This document shows positions 17,177 through 26,183 of a stretch of DNA of 64,000 nucleotides, piece after piece. The translations under genes and the position numbers were made by a program. The stretch is from positions 50,094-114,093 of the forward strand of contig URPR01000001.1 in assembly GCA_900549775.1 (NCBI GenBank), written 5' to 3'. This DNA is from an uncultured Oscillospiraceae bacterium. Its GTDB lineage: Bacteria > Bacillota > Clostridia > Oscillospirales > Acutalibacteraceae. The first letter of the stretch is position 1; each line of letters opens with the position of its first letter. The notes beneath the pieces were generated by a model that made no database searches, was not told the origin of the DNA, and saw nothing but the letters and a program-made list of their open reading frames with translations.

Positions 17177-18790
17177 ATGAGCAAAAGAATTACGATATTT
17201 TTCATGACGCTTTTATTTTGTATATGTTTTTCTATTTTCCGTTTGTACACTTTATCTCAGGGTGAGTCTCTTCAAACGGCAGCTTCGCAAAATGGCATCT
17301 ATAAGCTAAATGTGGCGTCAGCTAGGGGCATTATTTACGACTGTAAGAAAAGGCCTTTGGTAAATTTACAGAAAAATACAATGATATCGGTTTTCCCGAA
17401 TGATTCTACCCCAAAAACTTTAAGTAAGATAATGTCTTCTGGTGAAATGAATGAAATTATTCCACTTTTGCAGACGAGAAAGCCATTTTGTTTGAAAGTA
17501 AATAGTGAGCAGAACAGAATAATTTCAGAAGATATTCAATATTTTAAAGTACCTAAGAGATACTCCGATTTTCAACTAGTATCGCATATTTTGGGATACT
17601 TAGACAGCAGTGGTAATGGAGTTTGTGGTATAGAGAAGGCTTTCAACGATTATTTAAATTCATCAAAAGGGAAAATAGAATTAAAATATAAGATTAATGC
17701 ATTAGGGGAAATTTTAGATGGTAAGCAACTCAAAGTAGAGGATACGTTGTATAAACAGTCACAGGGAGTGGTTTTGACTATAGACAAGGACTTGCAAAAA
17801 ATTTCAGAGGAAGTTGCTGAAAGGTATTTAAAAAAAGGTGCGATTATAATCACGCAGGTTCCGAACTGTGAAATCAGAGCTTTTGTTAGTACTCCACAGT
17901 TTGACCCGAATAATGTATCTGCTTCTTTAAATAACGAGGATTCTCCGCTTTTAAATAGAGGGTTATCTTCATACAATTTGGGCTCGATTTTTAAGTTAGT
18001 GACTATTGCGGCGGCGATGGAGACTGGCATAAATTTGGATACAGAGTTTGATTGTACAGGGTCAATTAATGTAAATGACGGAACGTACCACTGTTTTAAT
18101 GGAAAAAGCCATGGGATAGAGGATGCAAAGTTAGCTTTAGCATATTCGTGTAATACTTATTTTGTAAATTTAATGAAAGATATGGATGCAGAAAAGTTTA
18201 TTGATTTTACTAAAAGTTTAGGCTTTGGTGAAAAGATAGAGCTTGCACCAGGACTTTTCTCTCAAAGTGGGAACTTGCCAAACTTAAATAGTTTAAAAGA
18301 CCCAAAGCTAATGGCGAATTTGTCATTTGGACAAGGCAAGCTTATGGCAACGCCTATTCAAGTGTCAGGGCTAATAAATGCTATAGCGTCTAAAGGAAAA
18401 CTTGTTAAACCTAAGCTGATAGAGGGTCTTGTAGGAGAAAATCTGGAATATACCAAGAGAAATTTTCAAAGGCCAGCAAAAAGAGCCTTTTCAAGGTATA
18501 CGGCAGACTTTTTGAAAGAAGCAATGAAAATGTCAGCAGATATAGGGACAGGTGTTTTAGGAAAACCCGAAGCATGTGAAGTTGCGGTAAAAACGGGTAC
18601 GGCTCAAAGCGGAATAAAAGTAGGAGAACACTATGCGCAACAGGCGTGGTATGCTGGTTTTTTCCCGGCGAATGAACCTAAATATTCAGTTGTAGTTTTT
18701 GCAGAAGATGCAGAAAGTGGCTCAAAAAGCTGTGGCCCTGCATTTAAAAGAGTCATTGAAGAGATATACAACAACCAATTGGAAAACTGA
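17177..18790 (+). CDS. Class B penicillin-binding protein (peptidoglycan D,D-transpeptidase, FtsI/SpoVD-like)
   Basis: N-terminal membrane anchor. SxxK is present as SIFK, SxN as SCN, and KTG as KTGTA. Confidence 0.8.
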   Translation: MSKRITIFFMTLLFCICFSIFRLYTLSQGESLQTAASQNGIYKLNVASARGIIYDCKKRPLVNLQKNTMISVFPNDSTPKTLSKIMSSGEMNEIIPLLQTRKPFCLKVNSEQNRIISEDIQYFKVPKRYSDFQLVSHILGYLDSSGNGVCGIEKAFNDYLNSSKGKIELKYKINALGEILDGKQLKVEDTLYKQSQGVVLTIDKDLQKISEEVAERYLKKGAIIITQVPNCEIRAFVSTPQFDPNNVSASLNNEDSPLLNRGLSSYNLGSIFKLVTIAAAMETGINLDTEFDCTGSINVNDGTYHCFNGKSHGIEDAKLALAYSCNTYFVNLMKDMDAEKFIDFTKSLGFGEKIELAPGLFSQSGNLPNLNSLKDPKLMANLSFGQGKLMATPIQVSGLINAIASKGKLVKPKLIEGLVGENLEYTKRNFQRPAKRAFSRYTADFLKEAMKMSADIGTGVLGKPEACEVAVKTGTAQSGIKVGEHYAQQAWYAGFFPANEPKYSVVVFAEDAESGSKSCGPAFKRVIEEIYNNQLEN

Positions 18791-18819
18791 AGTTTAGGGG
18801 TTGAGTGAAATAAAAAATG

Positions 18820-18852
18820 AATCAGGCTGTAGTAACCTGATTTATTTTTTTT
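18820..18852 (+). terminator. Intrinsic terminator after the class B PBP gene
   Basis: AATCAGG-ctgtagtaa-CCTGATT followed by TATTTTTTTTT. Confidence 0.6.
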
Positions 18853-18899
18853 TATATATTGTAATAATAGAAATTTTTAAATTTACAGGAGGTTTGCGT

Positions 18900-20729
18900 A
18901 TGTGTGGTATTGCTGGCTGGCTTGATTGGGAAAAAGATATCAGTGAAAGTGACTGCATTAGTGCAATGTCAGAGTCTTTGAGAAGAAGAGGACCGGATGA
19001 AAGTGGCATTTACGTTGATAAAAATGTTTGTTTAATACATAGAAGACTGGTTGTGGTTGATCCTGAAAACGGAAAACAGCCCATGACATTTAACTTTAAC
19101 GACAGAAAATATACTGTTGTGTACAATGGCGAGTTATATAATACAGATGAGATAAGAAGAGAGCTTGAAGTGTTGGGGTATAGCTTTAGAGGTCATTCAG
19201 ATACGGAAGTACTTTTAAAATCTTTTGTTCAATGGGGCAAAGACTGTGTAAATAAATTAAATGGAATATTTGCATTTGCAGTTTGGGACGATTCAAACAA
19301 AGAGTTATTTTTAGCTAGGGATAGAATAGGTGTAAAACCATTATTTTTTTATTTTTACAATGATGGAATAATTTTTGCATCTGAAATAAAAACTTTACTT
19401 TGTAACCCGATAGTTAAGCCTGTAGTAGATGAAGTTGGCCTGAAGGAGATATTTTTTATGGGACCGGGGAGAACACCCGGGAATGGTGTAATAAAAGGGG
19501 TAGAGGAGCTTAAGCCCGGAGAGTATATGGTTTTCTCGAAAAATAAAACAATAAAAAATTTTTATTGGAAATTGCAAGCTAAAGAGTTTGAGGATAGCTT
19601 AAGTGTGGCTATAGAAAAAACGAGATTTTTAGTAACCGATTCTATAAATAGACAGCTGGTATCCGATAAACCACTTTGTTGCTTTTTGTCTGGAGGTCTT
19701 GACTCAAGCATAATATCAAAAGTAGCTTCAGATTATTATAGAAAAGAAAATAAAACGCTATGTACGTATTCAGTAGATTATGTAGATAACGAGAAATATT
19801 TCAAAAAGAATAAATATCAGCCCAACTCTGACTTAGAGTACATAAATATAATGGTAAATTATATAAAATCGAATCACAAAACGGTAACGCTTTCAAACGG
19901 CACTCTTGCCAACGCTTTGTATGACTCTACATTAGCAAGGGATCTTCCCGGTATGGCTGATATAGACTCATCACTTTTACTGTTTTGCAAAGAAATAAAA
20001 AAAGATTTTACTGTTGCATTGTCAGGTGAATGCGCCGATGAGATTTTTGGAGGATATCCTTGGTATCACGACAGAGAAATCTTATTTGATGAAACTTTTC
20101 CATGGTCAAGGTCTTTAAATATCAGGAGAAATATTCTTAAAGAAGGCTTTTTAAAGTCTGGCGAAAATTATGTGCAGGAGAAATACTTAAGTACGATAAA
20201 AGATGTGCCAAAACTAAATGGGGAATCGAAATTAAACGCAAGGATGCGGGAAATGTTCATATTAAACATAAAGTGGTTTATGCAGACACTGCTTGACAGA
20301 AAAGATAGAATGAGCATGTACAATGGCCTGGAAGTAAGGGTTCCATTCTGCGATTATAGAATTGTGGAATACGCTTTTAATATGCCATGGGAAATAAAAG
20401 CTTTGAACGGTAGGGAAAAAGGCGTTTTAAGAGAAGCAATGAAAGGCATTTTGCCGTATGAGATAATATACAGAAAAAAAAGCCCATACCCTAAAACTCA
20501 TAACCCGGTATATATGAAAGCTGTAAGTGACAAAGTTAAGACCATATTGCAGGATAAAACTTCGGTGTTATCGTCAATACTTGATTACAATAAGGTTGTT
20601 GATCTAATAGAGAACGAAGAAAAGGTAAATGAAAACTGGTATGGACAATTAATGCGGGTCCCTCAGATAATGGCGTACATTATACAAATAGACTGCTGGA
20701 TGAAAAAATATAAAATTGATTTAATTTAA
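18900..20729 (+). CDS. asnB: Asparagine synthase (glutamine-hydrolysing), AsnB family
   Basis: The N-terminal MCGIAGW (Ntn Cys) glutamine amidotransferase class II domain is present. The central PP-loop SGGLDSS is present. Start at ATG 18900 after SD CAGGAGG. The ORF-track start at 18801 adds an unsupported leader. Confidence 0.85.
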   Translation: MCGIAGWLDWEKDISESDCISAMSESLRRRGPDESGIYVDKNVCLIHRRLVVVDPENGKQPMTFNFNDRKYTVVYNGELYNTDEIRRELEVLGYSFRGHSDTEVLLKSFVQWGKDCVNKLNGIFAFAVWDDSNKELFLARDRIGVKPLFFYFYNDGIIFASEIKTLLCNPIVKPVVDEVGLKEIFFMGPGRTPGNGVIKGVEELKPGEYMVFSKNKTIKNFYWKLQAKEFEDSLSVAIEKTRFLVTDSINRQLVSDKPLCCFLSGGLDSSIISKVASDYYRKENKTLCTYSVDYVDNEKYFKKNKYQPNSDLEYINIMVNYIKSNHKTVTLSNGTLANALYDSTLARDLPGMADIDSSLLLFCKEIKKDFTVALSGECADEIFGGYPWYHDREILFDETFPWSRSLNIRRNILKEGFLKSGENYVQEKYLSTIKDVPKLNGESKLNARMREMFILNIKWFMQTLLDRKDRMSMYNGLEVRVPFCDYRIVEYAFNMPWEIKALNGREKGVLREAMKGILPYEIIYRKKSPYPKTHNPVYMKAVSDKVKTILQDKTSVLSSILDYNKVVDLIENEEKVNENWYGQLMRVPQIMAYIIQIDCWMKKYKIDLI

Positions 20730-20785
20730 CAGTCATTTTTTTTACTACAAGTTAATAAAATTTTTTATAAAATAAAAAGGGACGG

Positions 20786-22042
20786 TTGTCAACAGTGAAT
20801 GATAAAAAAAATAAGGTAAAAAAATATATACTAATGAAATTGTTTTGTTTGTTTATGCTTGTGCTTAGTGTTTTATATTCTGCTGCGAAAGAAAAATTTT
20901 CCCCGGTAGGCAAAAGTGTAAGCACTATGGTTAGTGCGTCAAGTGCCGGAAAAACAGAAGAGATGAAAGCGGTTTGGGTTTCGTTTATGGACTTAGATTT
21001 AAAAGGAACTGACTATAGTGAAAAAGCTTTTAGAGAAAAATTTGATAATATAGTTGATGATTGCAAAAGCTTTAATTTAAATACTTTAATTGTCAATGTA
21101 AGGCCTTTTGGAGATGCCCTGTATCCGTCAAAAATTTTTCCAAGTTCGCACATTGTGGTGGAAAAACAAGGCGATACGTTGAAATTTGATCCTTTAAAAT
21201 ATATGATAGAAAAAACTCACAGTGAGAACATGCAATTTCACGCATGGATAAATCCTTTAAGAATACAAATAAATAATAAACCGGAATTTCTGGCTGAGAA
21301 TAACCCATTTAACGCGTGGAAAAACAATATGGATCCTAAAACTGAAAACTTTGTTGTAGATTTTGGCAATGAGAAATATTATAACCCGGGGTATGCTGAA
21401 GTGAGAAAGCTCATAATAGATGGTGTAAAAGAGGTTGTTTCGAACTACGATGTGGACGGTATTCACTTTGATGATTATTTTTACCCAGAAAATAAGCCGG
21501 ACTTTGATGCAAAATGCTACAGTGAATATTTGAGTCAAGCAACGCCGGGGGAGGCGTTACCTCTTGATAAATGGAGAATGGCAAATATAAATGCTTTAGT
21601 TGCAGGTACTTATAATGCTGTAAAATCGATAAAAAGCAATGTAGAATTTGGGATATCTCCGCAGTGCAACATACTGAAGAACGCCGCAATAGGCGCTGAT
21701 ATTTATTCTTGGTGCCAATACAAAGGCTATGTTGATTATATTTGCCCGCAAATGTACGTAAATTTTGAACATTGGTTTTTGCCATTTGACACGGCTATGA
21801 ACACTTGGAAAGATATTCCTAGGAATAAGGACATAAAGCTTTACTGCGGGTTGGGAGTCTACAAAGCTGGTTCAGATGTCGACAGAGGCACGTGGAAGAA
21901 TTCAAATGATATTTTGCAAAAAGAAGTGGAATATGCGAGAAAATCAGGCTGTGATGGGTTTATGCTGTTTTGCTATGGGTCTTTGAAACTACCACAAAGC
22001 CAAGAGGAAGTTAAAAATATGATGAAGGTTCTTAACAGCTAG
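20786..22042 (+). CDS. Glycoside hydrolase-like family 10 (GHL10/YngK-type) lipoprotein or secreted protein
   Basis: Signal peptide KLFCLFMLVLSVLYSAA. The TIM-barrel-like hydrolase pattern (AWVSFMDL..., HAWINPL) resembles B. subtilis YngK. The alternative start is ATG ~20833. Confidence 0.55.
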   Translation: MSTVNDKKNKVKKYILMKLFCLFMLVLSVLYSAAKEKFSPVGKSVSTMVSASSAGKTEEMKAVWVSFMDLDLKGTDYSEKAFREKFDNIVDDCKSFNLNTLIVNVRPFGDALYPSKIFPSSHIVVEKQGDTLKFDPLKYMIEKTHSENMQFHAWINPLRIQINNKPEFLAENNPFNAWKNNMDPKTENFVVDFGNEKYYNPGYAEVRKLIIDGVKEVVSNYDVDGIHFDDYFYPENKPDFDAKCYSEYLSQATPGEALPLDKWRMANINALVAGTYNAVKSIKSNVEFGISPQCNILKNAAIGADIYSWCQYKGYVDYICPQMYVNFEHWFLPFDTAMNTWKDIPRNKDIKLYCGLGVYKAGSDVDRGTWKNSNDILQKEVEYARKSGCDGFMLFCYGSLKLPQSQEEVKNMMKVLNS

Positions 22043-22043
22043 A

Positions 22044-23324
22044 CTATAGAACGATGCCAAAGCAGTGATTATTTTTTACACTTGTAATTTTTACATTGTA
22101 TATTTTACCAAGTAAATTTTCATCTGATTTGACAAGCACAGGAGTGTAGTTTTTCGAGTAACCTTCAATGAATTCACCAATAGGTCGTTCAAACAAAACT
22201 TCTTCAGTTTTATTTACTTGGCTTGCTAAAAATTCTGAATTTAATTTTTCTGCAAGGGCAAGCATTATTTTAGTCCGTGAGTTCTTAACTTGCGGACTTA
22301 TTTGATTTTTAAATTTTTCTGCACTTGTTCCAGGTCTTACAGAGTATGGAAAAACGTGAATTTTTGCAAAGCGAATTTTTTTTATAAAGTTAATAGATTT
22401 TAGAAATTCTTCATCATTTTCTCCTGAAAATCCAACCATCACGTCTGTAGTAATGGAAGCGTTTTCAAAGCTGCTTCTGAGATTTTGGACAATAATTTCA
22501 TATTCTTTTGTAGTATAGTGTCGGTTCATTCTTTTTAAAGTTTCATCGCATCCACTTTGTAGCGACAAGTGAAACTGAGGGCATAGCTTTTCTATTTTTG
22601 CTAAACGCCGTATAAAACGTTCATCCATTTGTTCAGGTTCTAATGAACCAAGTCGAACTCGCTTTATTTTTTCAACTGACGCAACAACTTCTATAGCGTC
22701 ACAGAGGTTTTTGCCGATATCTTGACCGTAACAAGAAAGATTTATGCCAACTAGTACAATTTCTTGATATCCATTTTTTGCAAGATTTTCTATTTCGTCT
22801 TTCAGGTTCTCAAGATTTTTTGACCTTACCCGTCCCCTTGAGTACGGAATGATACAATATGAGCAAAACCTGTTACATCCATCTTCAATTTTTACAAAAG
22901 CCCTTGTTCTGTCATTAAAGTTTTCTATTTTGAAGTCATCGTATGTATTCAAGAAATTTTCTATACGAGAGATTTTATCTTGAGAATTTATAAATTTTTT
23001 AACCGCATCTATTATATTGTTTTTGTTTGCGTTTCCCACTATTATATCAGCTTCTGGCCAAGCAGAAACCTTTTCAGGAAAGGCTTGAGGCATACAGCCT
23101 GTTAGCACTACTATGGATTTTGGATTTTCCTTTTTCACTTTATGTAAAATCTTTCTGACTTTTTTATCGCTTTCAGCAGTGACAGTGCAAGAATTTACAA
23201 TTATTACGTCTGATTCTTTTAAATCATTTGTTTTTTCAAATCCGTTTTTAATAAAATTTTCCAATATAGCTTGAGATTCATATTGATTTACTTTGCAACC
23301 GAGGGTAAAAATAAATACTTTCAT
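22044..23324 (-). CDS. mtaB: tRNA (N6-threonylcarbamoyladenosine-37) methylthiotransferase MtaB
   Basis: MTTase N domain MKVFIFTLGCKVNQYES...NSCTVT, radical SAM CNRFCSYC, and a C-terminal TRAM domain. 426 aa with no N-terminal extension. Confidence 0.75.
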   Translation of the reverse strand: MKVFIFTLGCKVNQYESQAILENFIKNGFEKTNDLKESDVIIVNSCTVTAESDKKVRKILHKVKKENPKSIVVLTGCMPQAFPEKVSAWPEADIIVGNANKNNIIDAVKKFINSQDKISRIENFLNTYDDFKIENFNDRTRAFVKIEDGCNRFCSYCIIPYSRGRVRSKNLENLKDEIENLAKNGYQEIVLVGINLSCYGQDIGKNLCDAIEVVASVEKIKRVRLGSLEPEQMDERFIRRLAKIEKLCPQFHLSLQSGCDETLKRMNRHYTTKEYEIIVQNLRSSFENASITTDVMVGFSGENDEEFLKSINFIKKIRFAKIHVFPYSVRPGTSAEKFKNQISPQVKNSRTKIMLALAEKLNSEFLASQVNKTEEVLFERPIGEFIEGYSKNYTPVLVKSDENLLGKIYNVKITSVKNNHCFGIVL

Positions 23325-23460
23325 TACTTTCTCCTAAAATTCGAGATTTTTTTATTTTTTTTGTCAGTTCACATAAAGTTAGTTTTATAGGCTTGACCTA
23401 ATGAACTAATGCTGCTAACATAAATGTAAATAGTGAGTTTTACATTTTGGGAGGCACGAT

Positions 23461-23700
23461 ATGTATAAAGAAGACATTATACTATCTGATATTGAAACCG
23501 TAAAAAACTTTGTCACTTTTGCCAATAAGTTTGATTTCCCTGTAAATTTAATTTCAGAACGGCATGTCATAAACGGCAAATCTATAATGGGAATATTCAG
23601 CTTAGACCTTTCACAGCCACTGCAGGTTGAAGTTGATGAAAGCTTTCCTGTTGAATTTAAAGAACAAATCAAAACCTTTAGGGTGAAAAAAGAAAACTAA
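23461..23700 (+). CDS. HPr/Crh-like small protein lacking the His15 phospho-acceptor region
   Basis: VINGKSIMGIFSLDL matches the HPr Ser46 region (KSIMG). No GxHARPA motif is present. Length is 79 aa. Confidence 0.45.
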   Translation: MYKEDIILSDIETVKNFVTFANKFDFPVNLISERHVINGKSIMGIFSLDLSQPLQVEVDESFPVEFKEQIKTFRVKKEN

Positions 23701-23757
23701 AACATATTTTATTGAATTTTTTCAAATTAGTAAATCCCTTTTGTTTTACGAATATGT

Positions 23758-23800
23758 AAAAACTGGTCTGAGAATTTATGGATATAGACCAGTTTTTTAT
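23758..23800. terminator. Bidirectional intrinsic terminator between the HPr-like gene (+) and rsmI (-)
   Basis: AAAACTGGTCT-(17 nt)-AGACCAGTTTT, flanked by T tracts on both strands. Confidence 0.55.
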
Positions 23801-23846
23801 TTAGTACAATATGCAATAGAGCTTTAAAAATTTATGAGTTAAGATT

Positions 23847-24677
23847 TTAATTTTTATTTAGAAAAAGTCTGTAAAGTTCGCTTTTAGAAAGGCCGGTTTC
23901 CTTAGCTGCAAGCTTAGTAGCTTGAGAAAGGCTTAATTTTTCGTTTAAAAATTTATCTACTGCTTTCACGGCTTCATCTTTTGAAACTGTAGTTACTTCG
24001 GCTTTGCTAAAGCCTGCCACTATTATTACTATTTCACCTTTGAGCGCGGTACTTTCTAACATATTGCAGGCGCCTTGCAACGTAGTCCTTATAACTTCTT
24101 CGTGTATTTTGGTGAGTTCTCTGACAATTGCAATTTTTCGGTCTCCTAAAGTGCCGTATAAATCATGTATGGTATTTTTAAGTTTGTGTGGCGCCTCGTA
24201 AAAAATCATAGTACGCTTTTCAAATTTTAATTCATTTAAATGTTCTCTGCGACTTTTTTTATTTACACTTAAAAAGCCCTCAAAAGCAAACCTTCCGCTT
24301 GAGATTCCAGATATGCACAATGCAGCTGTAAATGCACTGGGACCCGGTATTACAGTTACGGGTATGCCTTTTTCTTCGCAAAGTCTAACAAGTTTTTCGC
24401 CGGGATCGGATATGGCAGGCATTCCTGCATCTGAGACCAATGCACAAGTTTCACCGTTTAAAATTCTTGTGCAAATAAATTCAGTTTTTTGTTTATCGCT
24501 ATGCTCAAAGTAACTTGTAAGAGGCTTTTTGATATTGAAATGATTTAAAAGCTTAAGGGTGACTCTGGTATCTTCTGCCGCTATAAAGTCTACACTTTTT
24601 AAGGTATCGATAGCTCTTTGCGAAAAGTCTTGCAAGTTGCCTATAGGTGTGCCGACAATAATTAATTTACCTATCAT
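23847..24677 (-). CDS. rsmI: 16S rRNA (cytidine1402-2'-O)-methyltransferase RsmI
   Basis: MIGKLIIVGTPIGNLQDFSQRAIDTLKSVDFIAAEDTR is a tetrapyrrole-methylase fold typical of RsmI. The start ATG 24677 overlaps the upstream gene's stop. Confidence 0.85.
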   Translation of the reverse strand: MIGKLIIVGTPIGNLQDFSQRAIDTLKSVDFIAAEDTRVTLKLLNHFNIKKPLTSYFEHSDKQKTEFICTRILNGETCALVSDAGMPAISDPGEKLVRLCEEKGIPVTVIPGPSAFTAALCISGISSGRFAFEGFLSVNKKSRREHLNELKFEKRTMIFYEAPHKLKNTIHDLYGTLGDRKIAIVRELTKIHEEVIRTTLQGACNMLESTALKGEIVIIVAGFSKAEVTTVSKDEAVKAVDKFLNEKLSLSQATKLAAKETGLSKSELYRLFLNKN

Positions 24678-25416
24678 TTTTATTTTCTCCGTTTTCCATA
24701 TAAAATTCATAAATCTTTTTTAGCTCATCAGATTTATTTCCATTGTCATCTTCCATGATTAAAGCTGGCATCACAACAAGGCCAGGATTTCTGCCTCTTT
24801 TTCCTTCCAAAAGAAAAAGCTTAGGTAATGATGTGCGCCGCTGCTGTACGAACCTTAATCTTTTTGGTTCTATATTGTGTTTTCTCATTGAAAGCATCAC
24901 ATCACAAAGTCGTTCGCTTCTTTGGCAGATGCAAAGCCTACCACCGAAATTTAAAAATTTTTCTGCCACTTTTACTACATCGTCTGTAGAACAAACAAGC
25001 TCATGCCGTGCTATTTTTTTATGTACCGAGTCATTAAGCAACCCCCTGCCCACAGCCTTATATGGAGGGTTGCAGACGACTAAATCATAGGAATGCTTGT
25101 AATTTTTGAGGTCATAATTTTTTATATCAGAATGCACAACTTCAATTTTGTCTGATAGATCATTAAGTTCTACAGAACGTTTAGCAAGGTTAAAGGCATT
25201 TTCTTGAATCTCAATTGCTGTTGTAAATTTTGGTGGAGTTTTGGTGTGCCAGAAAAGAGGAATTGTGCCACAGCCTGTCCCGAATTCTGCTGCTTTTTCA
25301 TATTTTTTAGGGCAGGCAAAATCCGCAAGAAGCAGCGTATCTGTAGAAAATTTGTGTTCATCCGACACTATAACTGATATGCCATTTCCGAGTGGTTCTA
25401 ATTTTTCATTTGTCAT
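24667..25416 (-). CDS. SAM-dependent methyltransferase, YabB/TrmN6-like (tRNA1(Val) m6A37 methyltransferase family)
   Basis: N6-adenine MTase NPPY motif (CNPPYK) and SAM-binding EFGTGCG. Sits upstream of rsmI as in B. subtilis yabB-yabC. Start at ATG 25416 (SD GGAGATAC). Confidence 0.65.
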   Translation of the reverse strand: MTNEKLEPLGNGISVIVSDEHKFSTDTLLLADFACPKKYEKAAEFGTGCGTIPLFWHTKTPPKFTTAIEIQENAFNLAKRSVELNDLSDKIEVVHSDIKNYDLKNYKHSYDLVVCNPPYKAVGRGLLNDSVHKKIARHELVCSTDDVVKVAEKFLNFGGRLCICQRSERLCDVMLSMRKHNIEPKRLRFVQQRRTSLPKLFLLEGKRGRNPGLVVMPALIMEDDNGNKSDELKKIYEFYMENGENKNDR

Positions 25417-25447
25417 AAAGTATCTCCGCATAGTTTTATATTAAAAT

Positions 25448-25468
25448 AAGGCGAGAAATCCTCGCCTT
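25448..25468 (-). terminator. Intrinsic terminator after the ferredoxin gene
   Basis: AAGGCGAG-gattt-CTCGCCTT followed by ATTTTAAT on the minus strand. Confidence 0.55.
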
Positions 25469-25496
25469 AAATTTCATTGAAAGCAAATAATACGCA

Positions 25497-25670
25497 TTAT
25501 TCAGCTGGATTAGGAGCACTAACAGGGCAAACGCCAGCACATGCGCCACAATCGATACAAATTTCAGGGTCTATTACGTATTTTCCTTCACCTTCAGAAA
25601 TTGCACCGACAGGGCATTGTGCTTCGCATGCTCCGCATGATATACATTCATCGTTAATTTTGTAAGCCAT
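25497..25670 (-). CDS. fdx: Clostridial-type 2[4Fe-4S] ferredoxin (57 aa)
   Basis: Minus-strand translation gives MAYKINDECISCGACEAQCPVGAISEGEGKYVIDPEICIDCGACAGVCPVSAPNPAE, with two CxxCxxCxxxCP motifs. SD GGAGGTG precedes it. Absent from the ORF track because it is under 60 aa. The plus-strand ORF 25477-25665 is its antisense shadow. Confidence 0.9.
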   Translation of the reverse strand: MAYKINDECISCGACEAQCPVGAISEGEGKYVIDPEICIDCGACAGVCPVSAPNPAE

Positions 25671-25758
25671 AAAGCACCTCCGTTAAGTTTAATGAATATA
25701 TTTTATCATATTATTAAAAAAAATCAAGGTATTAAAGTTTTAAAATTCAAATGATTTA

Positions 25759-26082
25759 TTAACTGCACAAGTCCTCGAGCAGAGAAGATAAATCAGATTG
25801 ATTTTTTACCACAATGCCACCATTTAAAAGCATATTTTGGTCTGCTTTTGGTAAGCTGGATGTATGAACTTCAGTTACTTTTATGGGATTTTCATTGCCG
25901 TTTTCAAATACAGCAATGCTTCCATTGAAATCTTTAACAATATATGATAAACTACTATTTGAAGTGGTAGGTGGCGCTTCGGCTTTATTTACTTCTTCTT
26001 GTGGCTTCTTATATAAAACTATTGACAAAATTAATAAAAATAAAATTGCAAAAATTATGCCAAAAAATACTTTTTTTCGCAC
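25759..26082 (-). CDS. Membrane-anchored hypothetical protein (N-terminal TM, Pro/Thr linker, small extracytoplasmic domain)
   Basis: MRKKVFFGIIFAILFLLILSIVLY is a TM anchor. 107 aa. Divergent from the class A PBP gene. Confidence 0.4.
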   Translation of the reverse strand: MRKKVFFGIIFAILFLLILSIVLYKKPQEEVNKAEAPPTTSNSSLSYIVKDFNGSIAVFENGNENPIKVTEVHTSSLPKADQNMLLNGGIVVKNQSDLSSLLEDLCS

Positions 26083-26183
26083 AATATCACCCCACAGTAA
26101 ATCTTAATTAGCTGGTGATATTGTTTGGAAAAGTAAGTAATTTTATACATCAAAATTTTGAAATGCTTCGGCAGGGGACATAA

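Noticed and set aside
25477-25665. 62-aa plus-strand ORF from the track (MKANNTHYSAGLG...)
   Set aside because: It is the antisense shadow of the minus-strand ferredoxin gene. It has a TTG start, no SD, and reads through the ferredoxin terminator.
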